From: Lytechinus pictus
Taxonomy: Eukaryota
Length of the DNA: 64,000 bases
Assembly (NCBI RefSeq): GCF_037042905.1
Contig: NC_087245.1
Coordinates: forward strand, 23,932,001 to 23,996,000
Reading direction: 5' to 3'
Shown: in pieces, positions 61,726 to 64,000 of the stretch
Layout: every line of letters begins with the position of its first letter
How positions within the stretch are numbered: the first letter of the stretch is position 1
The notes under the pieces: generated by a model
Seen by the model: the letters and a program-made list of their open reading frames with translations, nothing else
Database searches by the model: none
Told to the model about the DNA's origin: nothing
Position numbers and translations under genes: made by a program

Positions 61726-64000
61726 TATAGTTTTCCTATGAACATAACGAAATTGGTTTATTGTTAATCTGATAATTATCATCTTATATCATGACTCGTG
61801 AACTTTTGTTTCATTATGACTTGCATCCATCCTATGTGCTTACGACTAGCGACCTTAAAAAAAATATCCTCTTCTTTTATTATTTTTTACCCATCTGTTA
61901 CTCTAATTTGCCTTTTCTCTTTTTAAAACAACAGGCCGTGAGGTTTGGATTACCCTCTAAACTCCTATAAGAAGGTAACACGATCGTAAACGTGAAGGGA
62001 ATAAACTTGAAATACCTAATATTAAAAACTGTACTCCTCTATCCTCAGATAAGCGCTCTAACTCGATTGGAAATTGGACAGCTAATTTGTGGGTGTATGG
62101 CTGCGCAGAACTACATGCAGCCTATATTCGTCTGTACGCACTTAAAATTTTAATTACAAACGTTCATCACCCGGTTCATATATCGATCCATAATTATATA
62201 TATTTACAGTGGTTACTTTTCAATGGAGTAAATAAATAGGATGTATACTTTTAATTCCAAGCTTTTATTTGTACTTCCTTATTGAATCTGTATGGATAAT
62301 GAGGACCGACCGTCAAGGATATGCATACTCTATATGTTTGAGTATCCCTGAACCAAAAATTACAACAAATATAGATATATGCTTTGCATTTGCAGGCCAA
62401 TCATTATCTCCTCCATTAAATATTTATTATGAAGGATCATAAACTAAGTAACAATAGTTATGTTTCCTCCCTGACTGAAATTAAGAAAGGTTCACCAGAA
62501 CCATAGAGCTATGCCAGAACTCAGTCTCCGTTCAATATTACGAGCGGGTATTAACAACATGCGAGTGGGAACTGGGGTGTCACGGAAATATAATATAGGT
62601 ATATATGCGGGCCCGGATGCGGGGTCCCTTCGATCCCTAACTAAAGAACATGCAAGTATAGAGTAGGAGTCAAATGTACACGGCATACAAAAGACAGCTA
62701 GTCTCGTCATGTTCCGTATTATATAAAAGCCCATTATTGCTGAGCTTTTGATACAATCAATATAAGTTTTATCACAAGGATTACTAGGTAGGCCTCCGAC
62801 TTACTCATTTATCTAGAACAATTAGTTCCCACGTATTGATTAAACTAAGCTCTTATATTTACACATCAATCAGGCACTTTAGATGAGTCCATTTTATATT
62901 TGATTAAGGTGTCTGTCGAGCGAGGCTCTTCATACAAAGACGATTATCTCTCAAACAATACATTTTGCGAATAATAATGAACGCAAGTCATGGATTATTA
63001 TTTACTTATTATAGTCCAAATATGGGACTCCCTTAGAGTTTCATTTGCAGATCCTGTATTTATTGTCTCACTTGCTTGCTTTTTCCCTGAAGGCCCTTAT
63101 GAAGTGCGACTGGTGTACCTGTTCGGGGAAACGCTATATACCATATAGCATGATAAGAAAACCTCTTTATGATCGCTTATTGTGCATCATTAAGAAAAAC
63201 TGAATATTGACATGACTCATGCACAATTTCAGATCTAAATTAAAGTGCAAATATCATACCTTCCCTGCCACAGCGTAATTAGGACAATGGAAGACGCAAA
63301 GGACGTTATTTATACAGTGTCATTGTAGACAGGTGAATATTGAATGAATCATAAATAAAAACCACAGAAACTTCTCAGATTTCTTTGTTGTGGTTCACAG
63401 TATAGTCAGTGACCTCTGTTAAGGTGTTTTGTAAATAATGTAAACATCTTGCACAAAGGAAAGGTTTTACTCTAGCCTTTCTTACTGCAACAATAATGCA
63501 TCAAATAAAAAAATATATACCTATCGCTTTGTTATTTTGGTTGGCTCACTTGTCAATCCGATTACTAGTATTACATCAGAATTTCCGTTTCCTGTCCTGA
63601 AAAAACCTTGACAGAATATTACCCTTTGACAAATCAATCAAGAGGGTTAATTTGAATGATTATTCACCAATAATTTTCTCATCGGGATGGGCTGAATCTT
63701 TTTCCCCGAATCATGTAACGGGAGCCCCCCCCCCCCTCCCACCCGGTTCCTACCCCAATTCCCACAAAGTTTTTTTTTCATAGTATGTACTTGATTTTTA
63801 GAAGGCCGCTGAAAAAGTCCATCGAAAAATAAATCACGCTTTTATTATTATACGCAAACATTCGACAGTTCAAGAGTCGGCCAATTGGAAAAGTCGTCAT
63901 TCCCAAACCACTGAACATATCCGACCAGCCTATTTAAATTTGAAAGACTACCAATCGCTTGTGATTGATGCAATACGTTAGTAGAATAGAGCTTTCAAAA

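Overview
Eukaryotic, AT-rich, intron-rich genomic DNA. The repeat types and the many poly-G/C tracts suggest an invertebrate deuterostome, probably a sea urchin (inference). Three spliced protein-coding genes were reconstructed by hand from GT-AG sites and reading frame. (1) UQCC2/MNF1, + strand, 4 exons, 4716-13108, 126 aa. (2) A SERINC/TMS1-family membrane protein, - strand, 41113-17893, 13 core exons (455 aa) plus a candidate 27-nt microexon; it converges tail-to-tail on UQCC2. (3) A single-pass LRR receptor without a TIR domain, - strand, 52185-49339, about 657 aa. The rest is introns and intergenic DNA packed with non-autonomous TEs: Kolobok-like TTAA elements, hAT-like and Harbinger-like MITEs, foldbacks, tRNA-derived SINEs and a CR1/L2-type LINE 3' end. 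Most short ORFs in the supplied track are spurious. The most notable signals are two minimal hammerhead-ribozyme-like motifs in Penelope-like retroelement remnants (both antisense to their host genes), a set of 17-28 bp CATGGACCTA...ATG inserts with 7-bp TSDs resembling P-element excision footprints, the SERINC microexon, and signalling/degron motifs in the LRR receptor tail.
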